Positions 1 to 8,650 of a stretch of DNA of 64,000 bases are shown here, in pieces; positions within the stretch are counted from its first letter, which is position 1, and every line of letters begins with the position of its first letter. A program made the translations under genes and the position numbers. Location of the stretch: assembly GCA_900767415.1 (NCBI GenBank), contig CAAFYZ010000052.1, positions 59,660 to 123,659 on the forward strand, written 5' to 3'. The notes under the pieces were generated by a model. That model saw only the letters and a program-made list of their open reading frames with translations. It was not told where the DNA came from and searched no databases. The stretch is from Clostridia bacterium. GTDB taxonomy: Bacteria; Bacillota; Clostridia; Oscillospirales; CAG-272.

Positions 1-34
1 TCGGGTGTTATAAAATAATTTATATCGGAAAAAG

Positions 35-385
35 TCAAAGCCCCCCGCTCCCGCCGATTTTCGTAACATCTCCACCGAGCGTAACATCCTGATTGCAGAA
101 GTAGCAATGTGCGGTCATGGTACGCTGATCCCAACAGGATATATGCCCGCAGGAGCACAGGAAAAATCCTTTGGCGCCGCAATGTGGGCAACCGGGATAG
201 TTGGCGCCTTCCTCGAAGGTTCCCCGCATCGTGGTGGAAAAGCCCTGCTCACGGCGGTCTGCACCGTCTTTCAGCGGAAACGCCCACGCGTATTCCCATG
301 TGCGGCTGTTTATCTGATCAAAGCGGATCCCGAACAGTTTATTGTGCTTTGCGCATTTACATATCACTGCTACCATTTCCTTCAT
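35..385 (-). CDS. Small Cys/His-rich putative zinc-binding protein (possibly TerY-C-like, unverified)
   Basis: 116-aa ORF with clustered CKCAKH, CPHCG, CSCGHISC and HCYFC motifs. Its start lies 4 nt after the stop of the upstream transglutaminase-like gene. Confidence 0.6.
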   Translation of the reverse strand: MKEMVAVICKCAKHNKLFGIRFDQINSRTWEYAWAFPLKDGADRREQGFSTTMRGTFEEGANYPGCPHCGAKGFFLCSCGHISCWDQRTMTAHCYFCNQDVTLGGDVTKIGGSGGL

Positions 386-389
386 GCAG

Positions 390-1397
390 TTACCACCCCA
401 GTTCCATGATATTTTGACTTTGATTGACGGAAAACTGTACCCCGATCCTATCCCTTGACGGAAACAACACAGACAGCGTCTGTATAGCGGCTTGTACGAT
501 CTCTTGGTCTGTCATACCGGCACTGGTTTCTTTGCGAAAGCTGATACCATTCTGCCCGGAGCGAACCGCCGCCGAGAGAAGCCGTTGTAAGTCCTCCTTC
601 CGGCGCAGAATTGTTCTGGTATGTGTGTAATAATCCATATCGATAGTGGAACACAGCGGAAACACACCGTCTGCGACATGATCCCGCGCCATCTGCGCAT
701 CGGACAGATTGAAATAATCGTGCCGGATGCAGGACTTTCCGGAGAGATTTACATCCCATGTGACATCCAGCCAAGAGGGACGGTCGCCAATTTTTACAAG
801 ATTCCACGCATGAGACACATCGCCGGGCGCAGGATCATCGGGTCTGCTGGCTTTCCCTGTTACCACAACGCATTTGATATTCAGAGCGTTGAGAAGCAGT
901 TTTACGGTCTTGGCAATGCCCTCGCACACGGCAGATTTATAGAAAAGAACGCCGAGAATGGTATTGCTGCGATTTGCATAAGCGTCCAGGTTATTTGCCG
1001 CCACATGGTCATAAAGGACATTGCGAACCAAGATGTCGTGCAAAGACAATTCCCGTTCGTAATCGGTGCTGCCATTTACTTTGGAAAGAATCTTTTGCAG
1101 AATGGTTTGGATCTTCGCCTGCATCTGCTTCGCTTCCTGCGGTGTGTACAGATAGGATGGTTGCAGCACCTTCTCCAGTGCCGTTATGTGTCCGGGGATA
1201 TGCCGGAAATCTACATAAAACAAGTGCGGGTTGTCCATATCCACGGCATATAAAATCCTGACGGGATCAATGCCAAGCCCCGTGAGCGTCGGAATATGAA
1301 TTTCCGGTGCAAATGCTGTCAGCTCGTTGTAAATCGTCTTGTAGATTTTCTTTTCCCGGTCAGACAAGCGGGTGTAATAGTAGCGGTCGTAAACCAT
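390..1397 (-). CDS. Transglutaminase-like cysteine protease-fold protein
   Basis: Cys-His-Asp core pattern: AVCEGIAKTV ... SHAWNLVKI ... LDVTWD. The ORF extends to 1445, but the ATG at 1397 avoids overlap with the upstream gene stop at 1412. Confidence 0.7.
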   Translation of the reverse strand: MVYDRYYYTRLSDREKKIYKTIYNELTAFAPEIHIPTLTGLGIDPVRILYAVDMDNPHLFYVDFRHIPGHITALEKVLQPSYLYTPQEAKQMQAKIQTILQKILSKVNGSTDYERELSLHDILVRNVLYDHVAANNLDAYANRSNTILGVLFYKSAVCEGIAKTVKLLLNALNIKCVVVTGKASRPDDPAPGDVSHAWNLVKIGDRPSWLDVTWDVNLSGKSCIRHDYFNLSDAQMARDHVADGVFPLCSTIDMDYYTHTRTILRRKEDLQRLLSAAVRSGQNGISFRKETSAGMTDQEIVQAAIQTLSVLFPSRDRIGVQFSVNQSQNIMELGW

Positions 1398-1411
1398 ATA
1401 AACACACCAAA

Positions 1412-2854
1412 TTATTGATACCGCATCATTCGGTCGAATTCGCAAGATGCAACACCATCATCATGCTTGATTTCTTCTTCCAACTTGCGAATTTCTTCAC
1501 CATATTGTGCGCTACTTTTCTTTTTCAAAAGTTCCACCAGATTTTTCATTTCATATGTTTGATATCTGCGACTTGAATTACAAATGGCGTTCTTATACCA
1601 CTTATATGCATTTCCGAAAGATTCATCCGATTTTGTTTTCTCATACTCTTGTCTGTAGCGCTCGGCTAATTTACACTGAGTTTCATAATCGCCCATTTCT
1701 GCGTATTTCAATAGTATGCTTTCGTAGCTGGGATCGTTTTTATCTTCGTAATACCGCAACAGGAGTTTAATAAAATGAGCGTCGCCAGAGTCTGCCAACT
1801 CTGTCAAAGTTGGCAATACATCCTTCAGATAGTCCGTGTCCATCAATTCCGAAGCAATGCGATACACATTAACCATGCAAGATTTCATTTCTCTGGATTT
1901 AGATCGTCCATCTGCGAAAAACTCCAATGCTTTGTGAACATACTTCTCCCTGATTTCCGGGCTCGGTTCTTGGAGTTCAACTATATCTTCCGATTCAAGG
2001 GTATCATAGTCATCATCCATACAAATAATATCAAACCAAGGTTTTTCCTCATAGTCTCCGTAATTGACATCCCATTCTGTCATGTCTTGATAACTGCTTA
2101 CCCCGTAATCGCCATCAAGATCATATACATACAAATATGCCCGACATAGCGGCGGTATTGCTTTTTCGTATTCGCGGCGATTTGCAGCAAGCAACAATTT
2201 TTCCACGATAACATTACAATTGACCGTATCAATTTTTAGAAAGTTGCATAACTCTGTCCGGAGATTCCGGGATTTCTCCAATGCCTCTTGATATGCATTA
2301 TATGATTCTTCTGATTCAACATTATCTCTCCAGTCAGAGATGCTTCTTTCAATTTGACGCCAGATATCTGCCAAATGGTAGTACGCCATACCTACATAGT
2401 TATGATATTTGTTACACACATAAAGCCACTGTTCAAGTGCTGAAGCACTATCCAATGAGGTATTATCATATAGATTGGCATATAAATACTCTTCCAACGG
2501 CGTATCTGCGCCGAACCGACAATATTTACCTGTTTTCTGCTCGGCAAGCCATTTTAACGAATCCGCCCATAAGCCGATGCATTTATTAACAGTATCGCCG
2601 GACATACAATACTCCGATGCCAGTCTGGCTACCCATCTGCCTGTTTCCATCTTCCCAATTGAATCATGAGAAGCACTATTTTGAATCTCCTGTGCGATTC
2701 CGGACTTCGCAATGGTCACCATTACATTGAGAAATCCTTTTGATTCATCCGGAAAAAGATCAGTCAATATTGCTTTCAATTTGGCGGATTCCGTCATACA
2801 TTCGGGATAATCACTTAGGATGATTATCATATCAAGAACCTTCACCATTTTCAC
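1412..2854 (-). CDS. Protein with an island-specific N-terminal domain and C-terminal Sel1/TPR-like repeats
   Basis: 480-aa ORF. Sel1-like signatures occur near the C-terminus (LLKYAEMGDYETQCKLAERY, AYKWYKNA). The N-terminal ~95 aa align with the N-terminus of the 7637..8632 product. Start is GTG 2854 or ATG 2848. Confidence 0.65.
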   Translation of the reverse strand: MKMVKVLDMIIILSDYPECMTESAKLKAILTDLFPDESKGFLNVMVTIAKSGIAQEIQNSASHDSIGKMETGRWVARLASEYCMSGDTVNKCIGLWADSLKWLAEQKTGKYCRFGADTPLEEYLYANLYDNTSLDSASALEQWLYVCNKYHNYVGMAYYHLADIWRQIERSISDWRDNVESEESYNAYQEALEKSRNLRTELCNFLKIDTVNCNVIVEKLLLAANRREYEKAIPPLCRAYLYVYDLDGDYGVSSYQDMTEWDVNYGDYEEKPWFDIICMDDDYDTLESEDIVELQEPSPEIREKYVHKALEFFADGRSKSREMKSCMVNVYRIASELMDTDYLKDVLPTLTELADSGDAHFIKLLLRYYEDKNDPSYESILLKYAEMGDYETQCKLAERYRQEYEKTKSDESFGNAYKWYKNAICNSSRRYQTYEMKNLVELLKKKSSAQYGEEIRKLEEEIKHDDGVASCEFDRMMRYQ

Positions 2855-3035
2855 CTCTGTTTTTCATTTGTAATGATGCATTCCAACCCCAAAAAAACTT
2901 CTTAATTCACCTCATTCATAAAGATATCTCATATAACTCATGATAAAAGAGTTTAGACCGTACCCGCGTTCAGCTAATGTCTTTGCTTCCTCAACAAGGT
3001 CTTCTCCTGCAGATTCATACGAATAGCGATATATT

Positions 3036-3983
3036 TTAGAAGTTCCGCGAAACTTTACATCGATGTAAGTTCGAGTTAATAAACCTACAGATACTTGCCA
3101 AATCGGGAAATAGTTTTGGGGTAGTAATCTTCATTTCATTTAGCAACTCTCGTAGCTCTGCTTTATTTTCGTTTGGAATTACATAGATGTGCTTTATTTT
3201 GTCCTGTATTTCTTCAATCAAATGCTCCTTGATTTCTTCAAGTGAGGAGCAATATGTCTCGGGGGATAAAAAGCGACAAATCTGAAAAATTCCTTCCTGT
3301 GCTATGATTCGTGGATTGGCATCGTTTGTTTCTAAAAAACATAGGTTGCGGTCTATTTTAACTTTGATATCGAAATCGTTTTTGCTAATTGTGTTTTTGG
3401 GATTATCAGCGTGGCCTTGTTTATTTTCAGGGCAATCCATCCAGTCCAAATTTTTCTGTAGTTGCCACTTTCGCTTGTATGTAAATTCGTCTTCTTGTGC
3501 TGTTGTTTCCCTGAAATAGAAAAAATCGTTGATTGTATATTCAACATCGGCGGCTAAAATATATGAGTCAACTTCATTTTCCTCGTTATTGATCGCAAAG
3601 AACAAAGCGACCAAAGGGTTATATGTCCAATCAAGAAGTCTTGTTCTCAAACCGTAATGCTGTGCACTGGCGATCCAGTCTGCCAGACTTTCATAGTAAG
3701 GAAGATACTGTATTGAGTAGCGATTGTAGTCCTCATACAAACTGTTTTCGTATTTTCGTAATTCTGCGTGATTACTTATTTTATCCGAAAGACCTCTTAA
3801 TACTGTCGGAAACAATTCGTTATCATATGTAAGTCCTCGAAAGGCGATTTTACAATCGCTATCTTTAGAATGCCTTTCGAACATTACATCTTTGATATTA
3901 TCTTTTGTCAGAATTATATTTTCTTTGTTTTCCAGGAGCAACTGAATAATATCCTGTCTTTTATCCGGCACTTCTCTGCTCAT
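3036..3983 (-). CDS. FRG-domain protein
   Basis: 315-aa ORF with FRGLTYDNELFPTVLRG and AQHYGLRTRLLDWTYNPLVALFFA, which match the remembered FRG-domain signature. It lies 39 nt downstream of the PP2C gene. Confidence 0.7.
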   Translation of the reverse strand: MSREVPDKRQDIIQLLLENKENIILTKDNIKDVMFERHSKDSDCKIAFRGLTYDNELFPTVLRGLSDKISNHAELRKYENSLYEDYNRYSIQYLPYYESLADWIASAQHYGLRTRLLDWTYNPLVALFFAINNEENEVDSYILAADVEYTINDFFYFRETTAQEDEFTYKRKWQLQKNLDWMDCPENKQGHADNPKNTISKNDFDIKVKIDRNLCFLETNDANPRIIAQEGIFQICRFLSPETYCSSLEEIKEHLIEEIQDKIKHIYVIPNENKAELRELLNEMKITTPKLFPDLASICRFINSNLHRCKVSRNF

Positions 3984-4022
3984 GATTTTTTCTCCTTAGA
4001 CTTTTTGCATGTAGTTAAATTC

Positions 4023-4898
4023 TTATTTTGCTTTCCTACAAATAATCGCCACGCTGAGGTCATCGCCGCTTCCTTTTTCGGAAAGGCGGGGGAGAAATTC
4101 GGCAAGTTCGTCATGAGCATCCTTTCGCTGTTGCTCCCGGTAGCCCGCAAAGATGTTTTCAATGAAGCCGAGGTATGCCTGTTCGCTCTGATAGGAATTG
4201 ATTATTCCGTCCGTAGTCAGGATCAGTCCCTGCACATCCCGTCGATCATTCAGGCGGCAGAAACAATGCTTGAATGCCACATCTGCATCGCTATTGCAAA
4301 GAGAAGTTGTCAGATTGAACTGTAATTCATCGTCTTCCAGCTGTGGGAACAGATGATTTAACAATTGTGCGCGCAAATCCCGTGTCAAAAGACAGGCATT
4401 TCCGTCGCCGAGTTTCAGAACGAAAAAGCAGGAATCTGTCAGCACTGCCGCAATGAAGGTCGCGCCGTAGGCTTTGACGGGAGATTTCACCAATGCGGCG
4501 CGGTCACCTTTCTCCAGTGCCCGATAGCGGTCATCCATTTCTAACGGATGGTCGGCAAGGTCTGCCGCTACCCGTTCATGCCAATGCTGAATGATGGAAC
4601 GCTCCAGTTGCGAGAGCATTTTCTCCCGCTCCCCATTTTGCGTGTAGAACTCTCGGCGAAAATCCCGATTGTTCTCCAGTGTCGTCATGAAGGTGGAGAG
4701 AACCTCTTTTCCGACCTCGCAGGCAAAACGGGAGCCCGTTGCACTGCGGATATATTTCTCCCCGCCGTGTCCGTCACTGATGATGATTCCGTCGTATTTC
4801 TTCTCCTGCCAGCAGAGGGACGAATCCTGACATTCCTTTCCGGCACGGATATGCGAAAAGCCCTGTACGGACAAACAATCCGCTTTGTTTCGTTGCAT
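4023..4898 (-). CDS. PP2C-family Ser/Thr protein phosphatase
   Basis: Motifs CQDSSL, IIISDGHGGEKY, LGDGNACLL, LILTTDGI. The ATG at 4898 is preceded by GGAGG with ~8 nt spacing. Alternative starts are 4931 and 5012 (ORF track). Confidence 0.8.
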   Translation of the reverse strand: MQRNKADCLSVQGFSHIRAGKECQDSSLCWQEKKYDGIIISDGHGGEKYIRSATGSRFACEVGKEVLSTFMTTLENNRDFRREFYTQNGEREKMLSQLERSIIQHWHERVAADLADHPLEMDDRYRALEKGDRAALVKSPVKAYGATFIAAVLTDSCFFVLKLGDGNACLLTRDLRAQLLNHLFPQLEDDELQFNLTTSLCNSDADVAFKHCFCRLNDRRDVQGLILTTDGIINSYQSEQAYLGFIENIFAGYREQQRKDAHDELAEFLPRLSEKGSGDDLSVAIICRKAK

Positions 4899-4935
4899 CC
4901 CGTCGTCCTCCTGTTGCCAAAATAGTCCCATCGTA

Positions 4936-6081
4936 TCACCACTGGCTGTCGTCAATGTCCGGGATGTCCACCACAATCGGCTGATTGTCGTCGATGTTGG
5001 CGAGGGCTTCATTGACCGCCGTCTGCGGGTCTTTTCCGGCAGAGCTGGTGGTTCCGGTCTTGGAGACGGTTGCCGTTACGAATTTGATGTACTGCCGGAT
5101 CTTTTCGGGATCATCAATCGAAACCACCGCTTCCTTGGAGCCGCAGACCTCGCCGAGAATGTCCTTATTGGCGTCCTCACCGACCGCAAAAGCGACCTTG
5201 ACCGCCGCCTTGAACCAATTGTTCTTGCGAAGCTCGCACAGAGGCGTTTCCCAATCGTCGGTCGGCTCACCGTCGCTCAGAAGGATGATACCGGGAGCAA
5301 GATAGCCCATCGGGTTGTCACCGAGAAATGCCTTTCTCGACATTTTCTCATTGAGCGAACGCAATGCCGCACCGAGGGAGGTCAGCCCGCCTGCGCTGAT
5401 GTCGTGCCAGATGTTCATGAACTCGTCCGGCGACACCGGCTGCGGAGTGATCCAATTCACATCGTTCGAGAAGGATGCCGCCGCGACCACAATGTTGGCG
5501 TTCGGCGCACCGTCCGCCACATCCTTGATGATCTTCGGGATGTCCTTCATTGCATAATTGACCTGTCCGATCTTCGTACCGCTCATACTGCCCGATTGAT
5601 CGAACAGGTAAAAGAGTGCCATGGTTCTTGCCGCTACTTCTTCAATGTTATCGCCATCGTATCTGCTCATTTTTCTGTTACCGTCCTTTGTTGTTTTGTT
5701 TGTTATATTTTGGGGTTCTTTCTTGGGTTGTTCATTCTTTGATTCTTTTTTCGGCTGCGTTGCATCTGCCCGCGCCAGCTCCTGCACCTTGAAAAGCGTA
5801 GCGATAATGTGCTTGCACGCGCCGTCATACTTGGAGAATGCGGGGCAATCGCAGTCGCAGACCGCCAGTTTGTTGCCCCGGAATTCCAGATGCACGGTAT
5901 AAAAATCCATCCCTGCCACCTCTGCGTCAAAGGTGTGTCGATCCCGGCTTTCCCGCAGGGCGGTGATAAAATTCTTTTCGTAATAGTCCTTGCCCTTCGC
6001 ATAAGTGATCGCCTTGTCGGTCAGGGAGCGGATATACGAATCCGTGATGTTCGGATACTTCTCCATGTCAGCTCTGCGCAT
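4936..6081 (-). CDS. SWIM zinc-finger plus von Willebrand factor A (TerY-like vWA) protein
   Basis: N-terminal CDCDCPAFSKYDGACKH (SWIM CxCxnCxH). vWA MIDAS motif LFDQSGSMSG and ILLSDGEPTD. The alternative ATG at 6066 lies 1 nt after the kinase stop. Confidence 0.8.
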   Translation of the reverse strand: MRRADMEKYPNITDSYIRSLTDKAITYAKGKDYYEKNFITALRESRDRHTFDAEVAGMDFYTVHLEFRGNKLAVCDCDCPAFSKYDGACKHIIATLFKVQELARADATQPKKESKNEQPKKEPQNITNKTTKDGNRKMSRYDGDNIEEVAARTMALFYLFDQSGSMSGTKIGQVNYAMKDIPKIIKDVADGAPNANIVVAAASFSNDVNWITPQPVSPDEFMNIWHDISAGGLTSLGAALRSLNEKMSRKAFLGDNPMGYLAPGIILLSDGEPTDDWETPLCELRKNNWFKAAVKVAFAVGEDANKDILGEVCGSKEAVVSIDDPEKIRQYIKFVTATVSKTGTTSSAGKDPQTAVNEALANIDDNQPIVVDIPDIDDSQW

Positions 6082-7408
6082 CCGGTGCGGATGACAACAC
6101 CCGCACGGACTTGTTTCCGATCTGAATTATCGTTCCGGGAATCAGCGAAACGGTCTTGCCGGGCTCATAATTCATCATCGGCTTGCCGGGATAATTTACT
6201 GCCCAGATCTGCGAGGAATCGTTGCGCAGACCGAACGTACCGGGCGTTTTCTTGCTTTCCATAAAGGTGCCGACCACGGTTTCCCGACTGCCATAGGAAA
6301 TATGCGCCTCGGTCACGGTCTTTCCTTTTCCGGCAACGATCTCGGTGCCGCCGACTTCAATTTTTACGGGAACAGCCGCCCTCTTGCGGCATCCCGGCAC
6401 GGTGCAGGAGAATACGCCGTCTGTTGCCATGGACGCAAAATTGATCTCCCCGCAACCGGGGCAGATTACCGCATCGTCAAGCAGGCGATACAGCACCCGC
6501 TTCCACGCCATTTCGCTCAGACGCTTGGAACCGTTTTTCAGCCCGTCCTCCGAAAATGCCTGCTGAAAGGCATCATGCAGATATTCGGGGTAGATGGGCC
6601 ACAGGTTCATCAGATTGGAGCTTGTCCCTCTCACGGGGGCATTAGAGCGGTCGGTGTTACTGCACACGAACACCGGGTGAATGGCGTACAGATCCTTTTC
6701 GATCTGTTGCGTCAGGCAGGGGTATTTACAGCAGTTCGCCCCCTCAAGCGGATGCGCGAGGAAAAACAGTTCAAACAGAATGACCGAGAGTGAGAACAGG
6801 TCGGTGTCGGTGCTCGGCTTGCTTGTCCCCAACACCACTTCGGGCGCCATATAACCGGGTGTGCCGCCAACGCCGAGGTTGTCCCCGTTCGGTGCTACAT
6901 TGTCGTTATCGCAGATCAGCACATCTCCCGTCTTTTTGTCAATGAAGAAGTTGCCCGGACTCAGATCCTGATAGCTGAGCCCCTTTCTATGTAGCGCCTG
7001 GAAAGCTTCCACCACATGGATCGCCGCCGTGATGACCGCTTCCGTGCTGGCGAAATGCTCCTTTGCCTTGATGAACTTGGTAAACTCCGCATAATTCTGC
7101 GGGCGCAGATCCATGATGTAGCCGAAGCCCTTGCTGTGCGCCCCCGTGACCGCAACGGCTTTCATCCACAGGAATTGGTCGGACGGACTGCCGCTTGTCA
7201 CATTGTCCACAAGGTTCTGATAGAATTTGTTGCAGTTGGGCTTGAGCGACTTCAGGTAGGTCGGCAGATACCATTTCAGCGCATAGTCCTTGCCGTCGTA
7301 GTCCACCTTATAAACGCTGCCTTGCCCGCCCTCGCCGATTTTCGACTTGACCGTAACCGTCCCGCCGTTGGTTAGTTTAATTTTTGTGCCTGGTTTGAAG
7401 TCTGACAT
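6068..7408 (-). CDS. Hanks-type Ser/Thr protein kinase with C-terminal zinc ribbon and FHA-like domain
   Basis: Gly-loop GEGGQGSVY, lysine motif YALKW, catalytic loop YQDLSPGNF, DND (DFG-like) and GTPGYMAPE. Then CPGCGE..CTVPGC, followed by a tail of FHA-like pattern (FGLRNDSSQIW...GTIIQIG). Confidence 0.85.
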   Translation of the reverse strand: MSDFKPGTKIKLTNGGTVTVKSKIGEGGQGSVYKVDYDGKDYALKWYLPTYLKSLKPNCNKFYQNLVDNVTSGSPSDQFLWMKAVAVTGAHSKGFGYIMDLRPQNYAEFTKFIKAKEHFASTEAVITAAIHVVEAFQALHRKGLSYQDLSPGNFFIDKKTGDVLICDNDNVAPNGDNLGVGGTPGYMAPEVVLGTSKPSTDTDLFSLSVILFELFFLAHPLEGANCCKYPCLTQQIEKDLYAIHPVFVCSNTDRSNAPVRGTSSNLMNLWPIYPEYLHDAFQQAFSEDGLKNGSKRLSEMAWKRVLYRLLDDAVICPGCGEINFASMATDGVFSCTVPGCRKRAAVPVKIEVGGTEIVAGKGKTVTEAHISYGSRETVVGTFMESKKTPGTFGLRNDSSQIWAVNYPGKPMMNYEPGKTVSLIPGTIIQIGNKSVRVLSSAPDAQS

Positions 7409-7636
7409 GAGATGCTTGTCCTTTCGTTTGATGTATGCTTACTATATTTTGTATGCGGATTTAGTAACCTTGTTATATTATCTTTCATTCCGGAAAAGAA
7501 AACTTGATATCCACTTTTCTGAAGCATTGCTCAACCACATGAAGGCGGTTATATACGTGCTAACGCACCTCGGATAATGTGTTGACGCCCGCAACTTCGC
7601 ACCTTCTGTGCTGTGGAAGATTTTTGATTGGAAAAA

Positions 7637-8632
7637 CTAAGAGTTTAGCGTAATCCACAAAGCAGGGCGAACACAGCAGTCATCAGTACGGACATCGTGA
7701 TAAACTTTGGAACCGCTGATTGCACCGGCTGTGCCAACAAAGTCAGCACAAAACCGACTAACGCCGGGCGACCGCATCCACCACGAGCACCAAATAGCTG
7801 AACCGCCTTTGACATAATTGTCACTTGTATAAGCGCCGTTCGCTTTTGCATAGGCCGTTGGGACGCACTTTCTGGCGTCGTCATTTCCGAAATACTTATT
7901 TACCTCGTCAAAGCTGAGCAGAAACACCTTATCCATGGTAGCATTACCGGGATTGGTGCAAAATTTGGGATTCTTGTCCGCGGGGACGGTAGTACTGACA
8001 ATCTTTATCTGATCTGCGGCACTAAATGCGGCATTCAAAAAAGTACTATTCAGCCATTCGCGTAGAGAACATGTTTCCCATGTCACATCAGCGTAGGTGT
8101 CGTTATATTTCTGACAATCAAGAGCTTTTTCGCTGATCAAGAGAATTTTATTGTCCTCTTTCGCCAAAACAAGCCATTTGATTGGTTGCTTGCCGTTTGA
8201 GGTATTATTATCTTGTTGGTATGCCCCGAATGTATAAATGTCACCGACCTCAACAGACGATTGCTCACTTTGACTATTGTCATTTTGAACCTTGGAGCGA
8301 GCGGCGTTTGCTTTTTGCTCTGCACTTGCCTTTATCTCTAACTGCACCCCTACAGCACTACACCACAGTTGCAGGCAGTTTTCTGCCGTTTCACCGGTAA
8401 AACCATAGTCATCATCCAAAACCTTTTTCCATCGGCTCATATCCAATGCGGACGGATTTTTACTTGCCTGCATTTCCGAAACAATCCCACAATGTTGGAT
8501 AGCAACCAATATATTTACCATCCCGCGTTTACATTGAGGGTATAGGTCAAGGATGTATGCTTTTAGTTTTGTACCGTCCGTCAGCACTTCCGGATATTGC
8601 TCTATGAGCTGTTTCAAATCAATTTGTTCCAT
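7637..8632 (-). CDS. Protein with an island-specific N-terminal domain and a C-terminal DUF6273-like domain
   Basis: 331-aa ORF. The C-terminal pattern IKWLVL..ISEKALD..WETCSLREWLN..FLLS..E..WWMRSPG..VRPALWI is recalled as DUF6273-type. The N-terminus is homologous to the 1412..2854 product. RBS AGAGGT precedes the ATG. Confidence 0.6.
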   Translation of the reverse strand: MEQIDLKQLIEQYPEVLTDGTKLKAYILDLYPQCKRGMVNILVAIQHCGIVSEMQASKNPSALDMSRWKKVLDDDYGFTGETAENCLQLWCSAVGVQLEIKASAEQKANAARSKVQNDNSQSEQSSVEVGDIYTFGAYQQDNNTSNGKQPIKWLVLAKEDNKILLISEKALDCQKYNDTYADVTWETCSLREWLNSTFLNAAFSAADQIKIVSTTVPADKNPKFCTNPGNATMDKVFLLSFDEVNKYFGNDDARKCVPTAYAKANGAYTSDNYVKGGSAIWCSWWMRSPGVSRFCADFVGTAGAISGSKVYHDVRTDDCCVRPALWITLNS

Positions 8633-8650
8633 GTGAACCTCTGCGTTATT

